Of a DNA stretch of 64,000 bases, positions 8,866 through 20,141 are shown one piece after another (position 1 is the stretch's first letter; every line of letters starts with the position of its first letter). The notes beneath the pieces are model-generated. The model did not search any database, was not told the origin of the DNA, and saw nothing but the letters and a program-made list of their open reading frames with translations. Both the position numbers and the translations under genes were made by a program. Source of the DNA: an uncultured delta proteobacterium (GTDB lineage Bacteria > Desulfobacterota > Binatia > Binatales > Binataceae); NCBI GenBank assembly GCA_963808235.1, contig CAWEEQ010000004.1, positions 2,432,001-2,496,000 on the forward strand, given 5' to 3'.

Positions 8866-11800
8866 TCAAGCGCCCGGCTGTTTCGGCCCAGTCTGCGCTG
8901 TCCAGCCGCGCACGACGTCGCTCAACTCGCGCGCATGAATTATGTTGAGTCCGAAGCGAATCGGCAGCGAGCGGGGCAGCATCTCGACCGCCTCGCGTCC
9001 GCCGGGGCGCATCGCGATCCGGTCAAATAGGCGCGAAGAGACGGTCCTGCGCTGACCGCGGAGATGATTGTCGCTGTAAATCTTTACGATCATCTCGGAG
9101 CCGAGCCGCACCGCGTCGGACAGGTTCATCGAGTCGGCCGCGAACTGATCGAGACCCTGCTTGAGCGGGAACTGATCCGGATTCCACACCGCCACGGACC
9201 CGGCGCGCATCAGAGTCTCGATGCTCGGGGTGGTGAACGAGTAACCCCATCCGGCCAGCTTGGTGCTTGCAGTCGCGAGTTCCGAGGGATCGAGATTGCC
9301 CGCCTGCGCGCGCGCCTGCAGCGCCGCCTCGGTCCACACGCGGCGCACCCCGAATTCGGTCTTGGCCAGGTCGGCGAGGATCATGTCGTCGGTCCACAGC
9401 ACGTGACCGGGCATCGAGGCAATCGCGATGCTCTCGGCGCCGTTACGGCCGAAGAAGGCGATCAGCCGTTTGCGCCGATCATGATCGATCGAGGCGAGCA
9501 CCGAGCCGTCGCGCACGCGGCATACTGACTGCAATTCGTCAGCGAGACTCTTCAACTGAACGTCCACCCGTTTGCCGTCGCCGGCGTTTCCGAGCGCTGC
9601 GGAGAATCCCGGCGGCAGCCGGAGCAGCGTGTCGTCAAACGCCAGGCGCCGCAGTTCGGCAAGCGTGGACTGCGAAATGACGAACTGGCGCGGCCAGGTC
9701 GGCAACAAGTTGAGGCGTCCGAGCATGCACAGGGTCGCGATCGCGGTGAGGTCGAGCACGATCGCATTGGCACGCTCGAAGGCTCCCAGAGCGGCCTCGA
9801 GTTCCTCGGTCGTGCCGGTGCAGCATTTGATCGGCGCATCGGGGCTTTGGGCGAGGATAAAGAGGGTCTGCAAGTCGTTCAGGTTGATGCGCTCCGCGAC
9901 CGCATGGATCGGCACCGGCTTGCTCGCGTAGATCCGTTCGGCGTGCTTCAGGAACGTCCTCGCGCTTGCCGCTGCCGTTGCCGTTTCCATTTCCACTGGT
10001 CGCTTCGAACATCTGCTCGAAGCTGTCGTTCATTTCATTCCACGGAATCGTTTCGGAACTCACCGGGCACATCTCGATTTCGGTTTCGCCGGGAAATCGC
10101 GCGTGAAATTTGCCCAGACAGTCGATGTAGCGCCACGCGTACTTGCTGGTGATCTGCTTCACGGTGGCGTATCTGCGGCTGAAGCGCCCCTCGGGCAACT
10201 GAAACCTGTCGCCGACCTTCTTGCCCTTGAGTGCTTTGATCATGGGGTGTTGCGGGCCGTACTCGTCACGAGCTTCGTCGGCGTCGTTTCCCTCTTCGAG
10301 AACGATCCATCGTTCGGCGGTCGAATTGTCCTCGACGAAACTGAGCGCAGCGCCGGGCCCTGCGGTTTCGAAGTCCGGCACGTGCGGCATCGGGCCAATC
10401 GGTCCGAGTGCGGCCAGGTAGGCGCGATGCGAATCGACGCTGGCATTCTGCCGGCGCAGGAGATCGTAGGCGTAGACGAGCGCCTCATTGGCGCGGCCAC
10501 CGTCGCGCATGAACTGCACGGCAGCGCGGCCGAGTGCGGGCGGAATGTCGCGCGACGACGGCATCGCATTGGGATCGGCAACGACCAGATCCACCTTGCC
10601 GAGCCGCGCGGCAATGATCGAGCGGCGGAGTTTGAGCACGCGGTCATCAGGATGTTCTTGCAGAATTTTACCGATTGCCGCGAGCGCGGCCTCGGGGTCG
10701 TTGCGCTCGAGCTTGTCGAGTTGGCTCTTGGCGTCGCCCGTGCCGGCGCCCTGCTCAGGATGAAGTTGGCGCGCGATGTCGACGACTATATCTTCGCGGC
10801 CGAGACGGCTTGCGCAATCGAGCAGGCGGCGGGTATCGGTTCCAGTGGTGCCAATCGGCGCCAGCACCTGCCATAGCGCAAGCGCGTCGCGATAGCGGCC
10901 GAGATCGTGGAGGAGTGCGGCGAGCTTGCGGCGATGGTCGGCGCCGGTGTCTGGCGTGAGCATCGACAGAGCCTCATCGGCGAACTTCGAGGCCTGATCG
11001 AACTTGCCCTGGGTCAGACGAAGATTTGCACGCAGGGTCAGCATGGTGACCGCGGGCAAGCGCGGGTCGTCGATCGATGTGAGCAGCACGTCGGCCTCAT
11101 GGTAGCGCTCGAGTGCGGCCAGCGCTTCGGCGGTGACGGCAACCGCGAACGGAAAATCGCCGGCGGGAATGGATTCGGGGCGCGCAATCGAGTGAATGAG
11201 AAGCTCGGTCGCCTCCTGCAAGTCGCCGGGATCGTCGCGCTCGCGCAGGGTGACCGCGAGATGATAGTCGGCGTCGTCGCGCCCGCCGACCGACGCCGCG
11301 CGGCGCAGCATCTCGATCGCCTCGTTCAGGCCGCCGCGCGAGCGCAGCACGATTCCATACTCGCACAGGCCGTTAGCGTCCTCGCGCTCGAGCCCATGCG
11401 CCTGTTCGATATCCTTGCCGGCGCCGTCGGTGTCGCGCAGCGCAATGCGCGCCTGGGCGCGGCCGATCAGCGCCTGCACTTCGCTCGAGGCCAGCCCTTC
11501 GCTTTGCGCAAAGGTGAGCGCCTGGGTGAAGCAGGTCTCGCTTTCGCGCACACGGCCGTTGTCGGTTTGCGCGGGCGCCTCGGTCGCGCCGGGGCCTGCC
11601 GCTTCGAGCTCGCCGAGCAGGATAGCCTGCCCGAGCACGAGCCACGGGATCGAACTGTTGGGCAACGCGGCGCTCGCCAGACGCGCATAGTGCTCGGCAC
11701 GATCGTAGTGGGTGTCGAGCAACGCGCGCCGGGCCATGACGACCGCGACTTCGGGATCGGTAGAGAGTTCAGGCGCGACGTTTTCTTCGAGCGACCCGGC

Positions 11801-12709
11801 GTCGAGCGATCGGGGTGCGTTGTTCAGCCACAACGCGACCGCGCGGGCGCTATTCGGAAACTGCATGCGGAGGCGGTCAGCCAGTGCGAAGGCGCGATCG
11901 CGCTCGCCAAGGAGTTCGTGCGCAAGCGCCTCATTGGTGCAGGCGTTTTCCTCGCCCGGCTGGAGCGATTTGGCCGCGATGAAGAGCATCGCAGCCTTGC
12001 GCGCCTCGCCTTCCTTCAGCCACGCGACGCCGAGATACGACAGCACTCGAAACTTGTCGGGGTTCGAAAGTTGTGACCACCTCTGCTCGCGAATCCTGAG
12101 CAGCCCGAGACGACCGAGCTGATACTGGCGGTTTTCCAGAAAAGCCGCGGCGGTGGAGATCTCCTCTCCCAGGGTATCTGAAGGTCCCCCCGCCGCGGGC
12201 TCGCATCGCGCCTCAAGATGAACCACCGCGTCGGCGCGGGTCAGGGCCTGGCGCTTCGCGGCGGTTCCGAAATCAGTAAGGATCTGAGGATACTCGTCCA
12301 GCAGCTCTTCTATATCTTCCCAGGTCAGAACTTCGATCGCCGAGATTCCACCACTGCGGTTGGCGCGGTTGAGATCGAATAGCGAGCGCTGCAAGCCGTT
12401 GGGCTTGGCGGCCGTCGTCGCGATCACGAAGCGTCCGATAGGCAGCTTCAGGCTCGCGGCGTGGTCAACAGCAGCCTTGATCTCGGCTACGGTGAGTTCG
12501 CTACGTGACTCGCGCAGCTCGCACTTGACCGCGGCGAGTCGCGGGCGTCCGCTGATCTCGATCAGGTTGATGCCCTTCGCGGCGAGTTCCGGATCGCGGA
12601 AACGCTCGAGCGAGGGCAATTGCCAATGCCGCCGCAGCAGCTTCAGACAGAGTCTTTGGAACTCGTCGGAGCTCCGCGGGAGAGGATATTCCGGGGCGAA
12701 TGTAGCCAT
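8866..12709 (-). CDS. Degenerate Mrr-like REase + TPR + GreA/B C-terminal + PIN domain protein (one gene split by a +1 frameshift at ~9953)
   Basis: N-terminal REase-like fold, long TPR tract, GreA-C motif HPMIKALKGKKVGD, PIN motifs VLDLT / STLAEL / LWTDD. Removing one base in gacgttcctg joins ORF 9635..12769 to ORF 8866..9996 (EDVLKHAERIY). Confidence 0.8.
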
Positions 12710-12819
12710 AGTGTAGAGTTTGATAACATAGTGGCGGGTCTCAAGGAAGGCCCCAAACGGACCCATCACTTTCGGCGTTCGAAGAGCGCTGATAAGATGA
12801 CTTTTCCACGTTTTTCGCC

Positions 12820-14816
12820 ATGCTTAGTCTCGACAATCTCTCCAAGTCTTACGGGGATCGCAAGATTCTGGACGGCGTCAGCTGGTCGATGGCCGACGAC
12901 GCGCGGGTCGGGCTGGTCGGACTGAACGGCGCTGGCAAATCGACGCTGCTCAAGATGGTGGCGGAAGTGCTCCCGCTCGACTCGGGCCGAATCACGCGTC
13001 CGCAGCGGAGCCGGGTCGGATACCTGGCGCAAGATGCGCCCGAGATGGGTGGGCGCTCGGTGCTGCGCGAGACGCTGGCGGCGCTCGAGCGGATGCAAGC
13101 GCTCGACGTGCGGCGCAAGGAAGTAGAGGAGATACTCGCGCACGAACATTCGGGACCGACGCACGACGCGGCACTCGAAGAACTCGGCGAGGTGCTGACC
13201 GAACTGGAGCATCATGATTTCTACAGCGCCGAGAGCCGCGCCACGTCTGTGCTGTTCGGGCTCGGGTTCACCGAGGCGGACCTGATGCGCGACGTCGCGG
13301 AATTCTCGGGCGGAATCCGGATGCGAATCGCGCTGGCGAAGCTGCTGCTCGACGCGCCGGAGTTCATGATGCTCGACGAGCCGACCAATCATCTGGATAT
13401 CGAAGCGCGCAACTGGCTCGAGGATTTCCTGTGCGCGTACCAGGGCGGGATCGTGCTGGTCTCGCACGATCGCTACTTCCTCGATCGCGTGACCACGCGC
13501 ACGGTCGAGGTCTCGCGCGGACGGCTGACCGAATATGTCGGCGGATACTCGCGCTACCTGGTCGCACGCGAGGAACGCTATGCGCTCGAGATGGCGGCGT
13601 ACGAGCGGCAGCGCCTCGAGATCGAACACATCGAGAGTTTCATCAGCCGCTTCCGCTACCAAGCGAGCAAGGCGCGGTTGGTGCAGAGCCGCATCAAGCA
13701 ACTGGAAAAGGTGGAACGGCTCGAGCCGCCGGAGGGCTCGCAGAAGCCGCCGGCGATTTCGTTTCCGCGCTGCGAGCGCAGCACGCGGCGGGTTTTCGAG
13801 CTCAAGGGCGCGGTCAAGAAGTATGGCTCGCTCACGGTTTACGACGGCGTCGATCTGACGATTGAGCGCGGCGCGCGAATCGCGTTGGTCGGTCCAAACG
13901 GATCGGGAAAATCCACCATGATGAAGCTGCTTGCGGGGGTCGAACCGATGACGGGCGGCGAGCGAATCGTCGGGGCGAGCGTGCAAGCGGGATACTTTGC
14001 GCAGAATCTCGCCGAGTCGCTCAACTATGAAACGACCGTGCTCGACGAACTGAGCGCGAGCACCGCGGGCCGCACGATGGGCGAGATTCGCGCGCTGCTG
14101 GGCGCGATGCTGTTTTCCGGCGACAACGTCTACAAACGCGTCAGCGTGCTCTCGGGCGGGGAGCGCGCGCGCCTGGCGCTGGCCAAAGTGCTCGCGCGGC
14201 CGAGCAACTGCCTGCTGCTCGACGAGCCGACCAACAACCTCGACATCGTGGCGAAGGACACTCTGCTCGACGCGTTGCGGCGTTTCCCGGGCACCGTGAT
14301 CATCGTGAGTCACGATCGTTTCATTTTGAATGAACTGGTGAACGAGGTGCTCGAAGTCGGCCAGGGGCACGCGATTCGGTACCTCGGCAACTACGACGAT
14401 TACCTCGCGAAGAAGGCTGCGATGGAAGCCGATGATGTGGCTGCGTCGAAGCCGGCGACCTCGCCGCATACGCACGAACTGCGCGGCACCAACGGGCAGG
14501 TGACGCATCCGAAGAATGCGGACCGGGCGAAAAGCGGGAAATCCAGGCACGTCGAGCCGTCGAACGACGATCGCGACGCAATCCGCAAGCGGGAACGAGC
14601 GTTGCGCGTCAGCGGAGTCAGATCGAAAAGCAGATCGAGGAGAAGGAAACCGAACGCGCCGCGCTCTCGACCGAGATGAACGACCCCAACTTCTATCTCG
14701 CGCGGAAAGATGCCGACGACTTGATTGCGCGCTACGAACTGCTCGGCCGCGAGATCGAAACGCTCTACGCCGACCTGGTCAAATTCGACACGCCCGCGGC
14801 GGCCTCGAACAACTAG
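12820..14816 (+). CDS. ABC-F family ATPase (Uup/YheS-like), with a frameshift at ~14598 before the C-terminal coiled coil
   Basis: Two ABC domains (GLNGAGKST, FSGG, LDEPTN; GPNGSGKST, LSGGE). The alternate frame gives VARQRSQIEKQIEEKETERAALSTEMNDP...NN*, the typical CTD. Confidence 0.92.
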
Positions 14817-14822
14817 CGCTTC

Positions 14823-15974
14823 TCACTCCATGCCGCGGAAGAATTCGCGGACGTCGTCCGCGAGCAGTAGCGGCTCCTCCATCGCGGCGAAATGGCCGCC
14901 CTTGGGCATCACGGTCCAGCGCTTGATGTTGTACGCGCGCTCGGCCCAGTGGCGCGGCGGTCGCACCAGCTCGGCGGGGAACAGCGCGACTGCGGTGGGC
15001 GCTTCGATTCGAGTTCCCGGCTTTAGCCGCCATGGATGATGCCGCGCTTCGTAGTAGAGGCGCGTCGAAGAATTGATCGTCTGCGTCACCCAGTAGATCG
15101 TCACGTTGGTCAGCAACCGATCTTTGCTGAAGCGCGTCTCAACGTCGCCGTGACAGTCGCTCCAGGAGCGGAACTTCTCGACGATCCACGCGGCGAGTCC
15201 GGCCGGCGAATCGTTCAGGCCGTAGGCGAGCGTCTGCGGCTTGGTCCCCTGAATCCACTGGTAGCCGGTCTCGGCGGTGCGGAACTTTTCCAGGTCGCCG
15301 AGAAAGACCTTCTCTTCGGGCGTTAGCTCGGGTGCGCTGCGGCCTTCGGCCGGGCCGATCGCGATCATGTTGACATGAATGCCGTGAACGCTCGCGGCGT
15401 GAGTCTCACCGATTCGCGAGGTGATCGCGGCGCCCCAATCTCCGCCCTGCACCGCGTAGCGCGAGTAGCCGAGCGTCTCGGTCATCAGCTTGTGAAAGAT
15501 CTCGGCCATCGCCTGGATATTCATCGCTCGTGCGCGCGGATGATCCGAAAAGCCGTAGCCGGGCAGCGACGGAGCGATCACCGTGAATGCATCCTTCGCG
15601 TCACCGCCGTGCGCGGCGGGATCGGTGAGCATCGGGATGATGTCCATGAACTCGTAGATCGAGCCGGGCCAGCCGTGGAGCAGGAGCAGCGGCTTGGGCG
15701 CGGGACCGTTGCCTTTTTCGTGGATGAAATGGATTCCGATTCCATCGACAGTCGTTTTGAAATGCGCGAAGCGATTGATCTGGCGTTCATTCGCGCGCCA
15801 GTCGTAGCTGGTGCGCCAGTACTCGACCAGTTCCTTCAAATAAGCGAGATTCGTCCCATACTCCCATCCAGTATCCGGAACTTCGTCGGGAAATCGCGTG
15901 CGCGCGAGCCGCTCCTTCAAGTCGGCAAGGACCTGCTCTGACACCTCGACTTTGAACGGTTCGATATGAGCCAT
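14823..15974 (-). CDS. Epoxide hydrolase (microsomal type, EHN domain)
   Basis: HGWPGS, QGGDWG, GGHFAAME motifs. Confidence 0.95.
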   Translation of the reverse strand: MAHIEPFKVEVSEQVLADLKERLARTRFPDEVPDTGWEYGTNLAYLKELVEYWRTSYDWRANERQINRFAHFKTTVDGIGIHFIHEKGNGPAPKPLLLLHGWPGSIYEFMDIIPMLTDPAAHGGDAKDAFTVIAPSLPGYGFSDHPRARAMNIQAMAEIFHKLMTETLGYSRYAVQGGDWGAAITSRIGETHAASVHGIHVNMIAIGPAEGRSAPELTPEEKVFLGDLEKFRTAETGYQWIQGTKPQTLAYGLNDSPAGLAAWIVEKFRSWSDCHGDVETRFSKDRLLTNVTIYWVTQTINSSTRLYYEARHHPWRLKPGTRIEAPTAVALFPAELVRPPRHWAERAYNIKRWTVMPKGGHFAAMEEPLLLADDVREFFRGME

Positions 15975-16019
15975 GACGCCCGCTCCTGGAGCAGTCTTTA
16001 ATCTTTGGCAGTCTTTATC

Positions 16020-17234
16020 TCAGAGCAGGCCAGCGCCGGTGCCGGCGCGAGTGCTGCCGTCGCGCTTAAATGCCTCGATCACGTGACGCGCGATTTGCGT
16101 CATGTGGACTTCGTCGGCGCCGTCGACCAGGCGCGCCGAACGCGCGTGACGAAGCATCGATTCGAGCGGCGTGTCGGTCGAGTAGCCGAGTGCGCCATGC
16201 ACCTGGATTGCACGGTCGGTGATCTTCCAGAGCATGTTGGCGACGTGATGCTTCGCCATCGAGACTTCCTGTTTGAATGGGAGCTTGTTCTCGATCAGAT
16301 ACGCGGCATGCAGGACCATCAGCTTCGCCGTGTACAGCTCCATCGCGGACTCGCTCATCATGAACTGGATCGCCTGCTTGTCGACCAGGAAACCACCTTG
16401 CACGCGGCGCTCCATCGCACGCTTGACAAGCATCTCGAGCGCGACCTCCGCACTTCCAATCCATCGCATGCAATGCGCGAGGCGCGCGGGACCGAGCCGC
16501 ACCTGACCGAGGGTATGCCCCTGGCCGCGCGGGCCAAGCATCGCGTCGGCGGGCACGACGCAATTCTCGAACATGATCTCGCAGTGATTTCCCTTGCCGG
16601 CCATGGTGTCGATATCGCGGACGATTCGAAATCCCGGATTGGGCAGATCGACGATGAAGGCGGAGTTGCGCGCCTGCGGAGGATCGGCGTCGGGATCGGT
16701 CTTGGCGATGACGATCGCGAACTTGGCGCCGTGCGCGCCCGAGATGAACCACTTGTGCCCGTTGATTACCCAGTTGTCGCCCTGCTTGACCGCCGAGGTT
16801 TTGATCTGAGTTGGGTCGGAACCCGCGGCCTCCGGCTCGGTCATCGCGAAGCACGATCTGATCTTGCCGTCGCATAGCGGGCGCAGATACTTTTCTTTCT
16901 GCGCGGGGGTCGCGAAGTGCAGCATCGTGTGCATGTTGCCCTCGTCGGGCGCCTGCACGTTCAGGATGAATGACGCGAGCCGGGTGCGGCCGCATTCCGC
17001 GGAGATCACGGCGATCGCCATCGCATCGAGTCCGAGTCCACCGAACTCCTTTGGCATATGCGGCAGCCAGAGTCCGCGTTGCTTAGCCTTGCGCCGCAGC
17101 TCGATGATTCCCTCGCGCCAGTTACCGGTCTTCGCCATCTCGGCTTCGGCCGGTTCGATTTCCTCTTTGATGAAGGCGCGGACCTTGTCGCGGATTTCAT
17201 GCACATGCGCGGGCATCGTAAAGTCGATTGCCAT
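16020..17234 (-). CDS. Acyl-CoA dehydrogenase
   Basis: FAMTEPEAAGSD, INGHKWFISGA, AIQVHGALG, RLVDGADEVH. Confidence 0.96.
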   Translation of the reverse strand: MAIDFTMPAHVHEIRDKVRAFIKEEIEPAEAEMAKTGNWREGIIELRRKAKQRGLWLPHMPKEFGGLGLDAMAIAVISAECGRTRLASFILNVQAPDEGNMHTMLHFATPAQKEKYLRPLCDGKIRSCFAMTEPEAAGSDPTQIKTSAVKQGDNWVINGHKWFISGAHGAKFAIVIAKTDPDADPPQARNSAFIVDLPNPGFRIVRDIDTMAGKGNHCEIMFENCVVPADAMLGPRGQGHTLGQVRLGPARLAHCMRWIGSAEVALEMLVKRAMERRVQGGFLVDKQAIQFMMSESAMELYTAKLMVLHAAYLIENKLPFKQEVSMAKHHVANMLWKITDRAIQVHGALGYSTDTPLESMLRHARSARLVDGADEVHMTQIARHVIEAFKRDGSTRAGTGAGLL

Positions 17235-17379
17235 CTGAGTTACCTCGGAGCTTAAAGTCGGTTTCTTGATTAAGCCCAAGTGCTACAGGGAAAGGGCTTT
17301 GGGCGTCAACCACGAATCGGCGCAAGCGATCGATCAGAAATGATCAAAGATCCGATGCAGCTCTGCGCGCAGGACCGCA

Positions 17380-17811
17380 CTACTTCTTCGCGAGCGCTTC
17401 TTTGGCGAGTTCGCTTGCGGCTTTACCGTCCAGGCTCGGGCCGAACTTGTCGCGCAGCGCCTTCATGATGGGGCCCATCTGGGATGCGCCCGCGGCGATT
17501 GCGGTCTGGATTTCGGCGCGGACGTCGTCGGGAGAGGTGGTCGCGGGCAGATATGACTCGAGGATTTTGGCCTCGGTCTCGTTTTGGTCGATCAGATCCT
17601 GGCGAGCTGCTTTGCGCGCGAATTCGAGCGTCTCTTCGCGCTTGGCGCGTTCGCGTTTGATGATCTGCAGGATCTCGGCGTCATTGGGATCGCGGCGGAC
17701 GTCTTTCTCGAGGCGCGACATTTCGGAAAGCACGCCGCGCAGCGTCATGGTGCGGAGTTTGTCGCCGCTTTTCATCGCGGCCTTCAAGTCATCTTGAATC
17801 CTGGTCTTCAC
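17380..17811 (-). CDS. GatB/YqeY domain protein
   Basis: IQDDLKAAMKSGDK...E..ILESYLP...MGPIMK pattern. Confidence 0.92.
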   Translation of the reverse strand: MKTRIQDDLKAAMKSGDKLRTMTLRGVLSEMSRLEKDVRRDPNDAEILQIIKRERAKREETLEFARKAARQDLIDQNETEAKILESYLPATTSPDDVRAEIQTAIAAGASQMGPIMKALRDKFGPSLDGKAASELAKEALAKK

Positions 17812-17836
17812 AAAACTCGATGGTGCTCGATGCCGG

Positions 17837-18217
17837 CTAGCGAGACGACGCAGCCGGTGCGGGCTTTGCGACCGGCAGGATACCCTCTTCGGTGCTGGTT
17901 GAGAGCGGTTGACCGCCGCCGGTTGTCGTTGCCGGAGTGGCGCTGGCCTGCGCTGTGGAAGCCAGGCCGAGCGATCCCGCCTTGGCGAGACAATCCTTGG
18001 ACACGGAGTCGTAATAGGCCCATCCGAACGGTCCCCACCAGAAAGTGTCGGCTGCGCCGGACCATCGCCCGGTCATGCAGTCGCTGTAGGTCTTCTGCTG
18101 ATCGACCGTCATGATTGGCATCTGCTCCGAGCAACCAGCGACGGTCAACGCCAGCAGCGCTGTGAATACAATTCGACGCACCAAAGTTCCCCCCGAGGCC
18201 GCGACCACTCCCGTCAT
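17837..18217 (-). CDS. Hypothetical lipoprotein
   Basis: Lipobox VAGC; two further Cys; aromatic patch FWWGPFGWAYY. Confidence 0.65.
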   Translation of the reverse strand: MTGVVAASGGTLVRRIVFTALLALTVAGCSEQMPIMTVDQQKTYSDCMTGRWSGAADTFWWGPFGWAYYDSVSKDCLAKAGSLGLASTAQASATPATTTGGGQPLSTSTEEGILPVAKPAPAASSR

Positions 18218-18242
18218 TCGTTTAAGTACATCTTCGCGGTCA

Positions 18243-18767
18243 CTACTTCTTGGCGGCGGCCGCCGGCGTACCGCTATCGACATCTTCCCACTTGGGAGGT
18301 TCGATTTCGGTCCACTTGCTACCGTCGAGGCGGTAGCTGAAGACCAGCACCTTCTGCTTGCCCGTAGGCTTGCCCTTGCCTTCGCCGGTCTTGGAGGGCG
18401 TGTACTCGGCGGCCTGCAGCTTCGCGAGCACGGTCCACTTACCCGCCTTCATGGTGGGCATGTACATGAACTTGGCGTGTTCGAGATCGACGTACGGCTT
18501 GCCCGACGACTTCTTTTCGCTTTCGTCGTTCAAGTAGTTGTCGGACTCGCTGGCGATGGTGTCGGAGAGTTGCTGACGCTGCGCCGAGCCAATCGGATTC
18601 TCTTTGGCGGGACCCGATGCGCTCGGACCGGCGGGACCGCTGTTGGTATAAAGATCCTTCTTGACTTCGATCGCGCGCGCCGCAATTGGCGCGAGCAGCA
18701 CCCCCGCGATCAGACTCGTCACGATCAAGCCTGCCACCACCAGAGTACCACCTGGTTTCGCAACCAT
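18243..18767 (-). CDS. Hypothetical secreted protein
   Basis: Signal peptide ending ARA; GAGGAGG SD; Lys-rich soluble domain. Confidence 0.75.
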   Translation of the reverse strand: MVAKPGGTLVVAGLIVTSLIAGVLLAPIAARAIEVKKDLYTNSGPAGPSASGPAKENPIGSAQRQQLSDTIASESDNYLNDESEKKSSGKPYVDLEHAKFMYMPTMKAGKWTVLAKLQAAEYTPSKTGEGKGKPTGKQKVLVFSYRLDGSKWTEIEPPKWEDVDSGTPAAAAKK

Positions 18768-18841
18768 ACGGCACACCTCCTCTTTGCGATTGGCGTTATA
18801 TCACCTCCGCGAGGGATTTTCACGATAGGGGCAACCGCCTG

Positions 18842-19678
18842 TCAGCGCGACGCACTGGCCTCGGTCAGGGAGAAGCGAATCGGGACCAGCACCCAGCTTT
18901 CGACCGGGGCATTGTCGCGCCGGGCCGGTACGAAGCGCCATCGGCGGCGCACGGTCTCGAGCGCACTGTCGTCGAGCGCGTCGAAGCCGGAGGACTCGGC
19001 AATCTCGGCGCGCTCGACGCTGCCGTCGGCGCCGACGAGCACGCGGATCGTCACAGTGCCTTGCTGGTCGCGGCGGCGCGCGGTCGAGGGATATACAGGC
19101 GGAGGATTGTTGCCGTAATCAGCGTGCGCGAGCGAGCTGCCGTTGCCCTCGCCGCCGGCGTCGGAGAGCCCTTGACCGCCTCCAGAGCCATCGCCAGCGT
19201 TTGCGGACGATTCGGTGTTGGAAGAACGCGAACCGGATTCGAGGCCCCGAGGATCCGCGCCCGGCGCTGATTTCGGAGCGGCGGCCGGCGCAAGGCTCGC
19301 GAGTTTCGCATCCGGACGTTTCGCTTCATGCTCATGATCGCTGCGGCTGGCGGCGACCGAACGACGAACCGGTCTGTGCGAGTGTGGACGTTCGGGGATC
19401 AACAACGGACCCGGCTCCGAGCGAATCGGAATAGCCGGAATCGCGCCGCCTCCAGCCGAGGTCGAGCGGCCGATCGAACCGTCGCCCACTTCGACCAGGT
19501 AGGCGAGGACGAAACCGCTGTGGGGTTTGGCAAGTGCGGGCGCGAAGTAGATGAGCGCGGCGAATGCGGCGGCATGGGCGGCGATCGAGACGGCGAACGA
19601 GGTGGCGTGCGAGCCGGCGCGCGTCGATCCAGATCGCGCGTCATTCGTCAGCTGAGATTTGTCTTGCCCGTCTTCCAA
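18842..19678 (-). CDS. tonB: Energy transducer TonB
   Basis: N-terminal TM with SIAAHAAA, Pro/Ala/Gly linker, TonB-C (YP..ARRRDQQGTVTIRVLVGADG..SSGFDALD..A..WRFVPA); start uncertain (TTG 19678). Confidence 0.88.
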   Translation of the reverse strand: MEDGQDKSQLTNDARSGSTRAGSHATSFAVSIAAHAAAFAALIYFAPALAKPHSGFVLAYLVEVGDGSIGRSTSAGGGAIPAIPIRSEPGPLLIPERPHSHRPVRRSVAASRSDHEHEAKRPDAKLASLAPAAAPKSAPGADPRGLESGSRSSNTESSANAGDGSGGGQGLSDAGGEGNGSSLAHADYGNNPPPVYPSTARRRDQQGTVTIRVLVGADGSVERAEIAESSGFDALDDSALETVRRRWRFVPARRDNAPVESWVLVPIRFSLTEASASR

Positions 19679-19713
19679 CTTTCCACCGTCGCCGGGCCGA
19701 GACTTCGCGGATT

Positions 19714-19791
19714 GAAAAGGCCAGGAGCGACGGGGCGCCGCCGCGCTGATATGCGGCGACTGAATCGGAAAACGTCGTGCGACTCCTGGAG
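19714..19791 (-). terminator. Candidate expression-platform terminator of the riboswitch
   Basis: ccaggag...ctcctgg stem followed by CCTTTT on the minus strand. Confidence 0.45.
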
Positions 19792-19831
19792 CCTCCCTCT
19801 CCCGCGAAGGTAATTGCGGCTCCGTTCGATT

Positions 19832-19935
19832 CGCGAGGTAGCCTGGCTGGGCGAGATTGTGATCTCGCCTTACAGTTGCGGGGCAGCGCCGGTCTCGCAC
19901 CGGCTTTCCCTGCGCGAATCTGAGAGCACACTACG
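19832..19935 (-). ncRNA. Cobalamin riboswitch (compact)
   Basis: Minus strand reads AGGGAAagCCGGTGCGAGACCGGcGCTGCCCCGCAACTGTAA...AGCCAGGcTACC, matching the B12-element core and B12 box; lies upstream of tonB. Confidence 0.88.
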
Positions 19936-20141
19936 CGCCTCGCGGGCCAAGTCAACCGGTTGGGACGTTGCGCAGGCTGTGCGGCTTCGGGATTCGGACC
20001 GCTGCGCGCGGGGCGGCAGGGGTGACCCCTGCACCCAGTATCCATTCAAGCGCAAAGCAGCCCACAGAGCGCGAACGCCATTTTGCTCTCGGTCTGGTGC
20101 GCGGTTGAGCGGCGAGTCGGGAGTTTATTAGGATTCGCGGG

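Noticed and set aside
12766-14550. Long antisense ORFs (e.g. 12766..14550-, 10907..12076+, 49578..50540+)
   Set aside because: Shadow ORFs caused by GC-rich codon bias opposite well-supported genes
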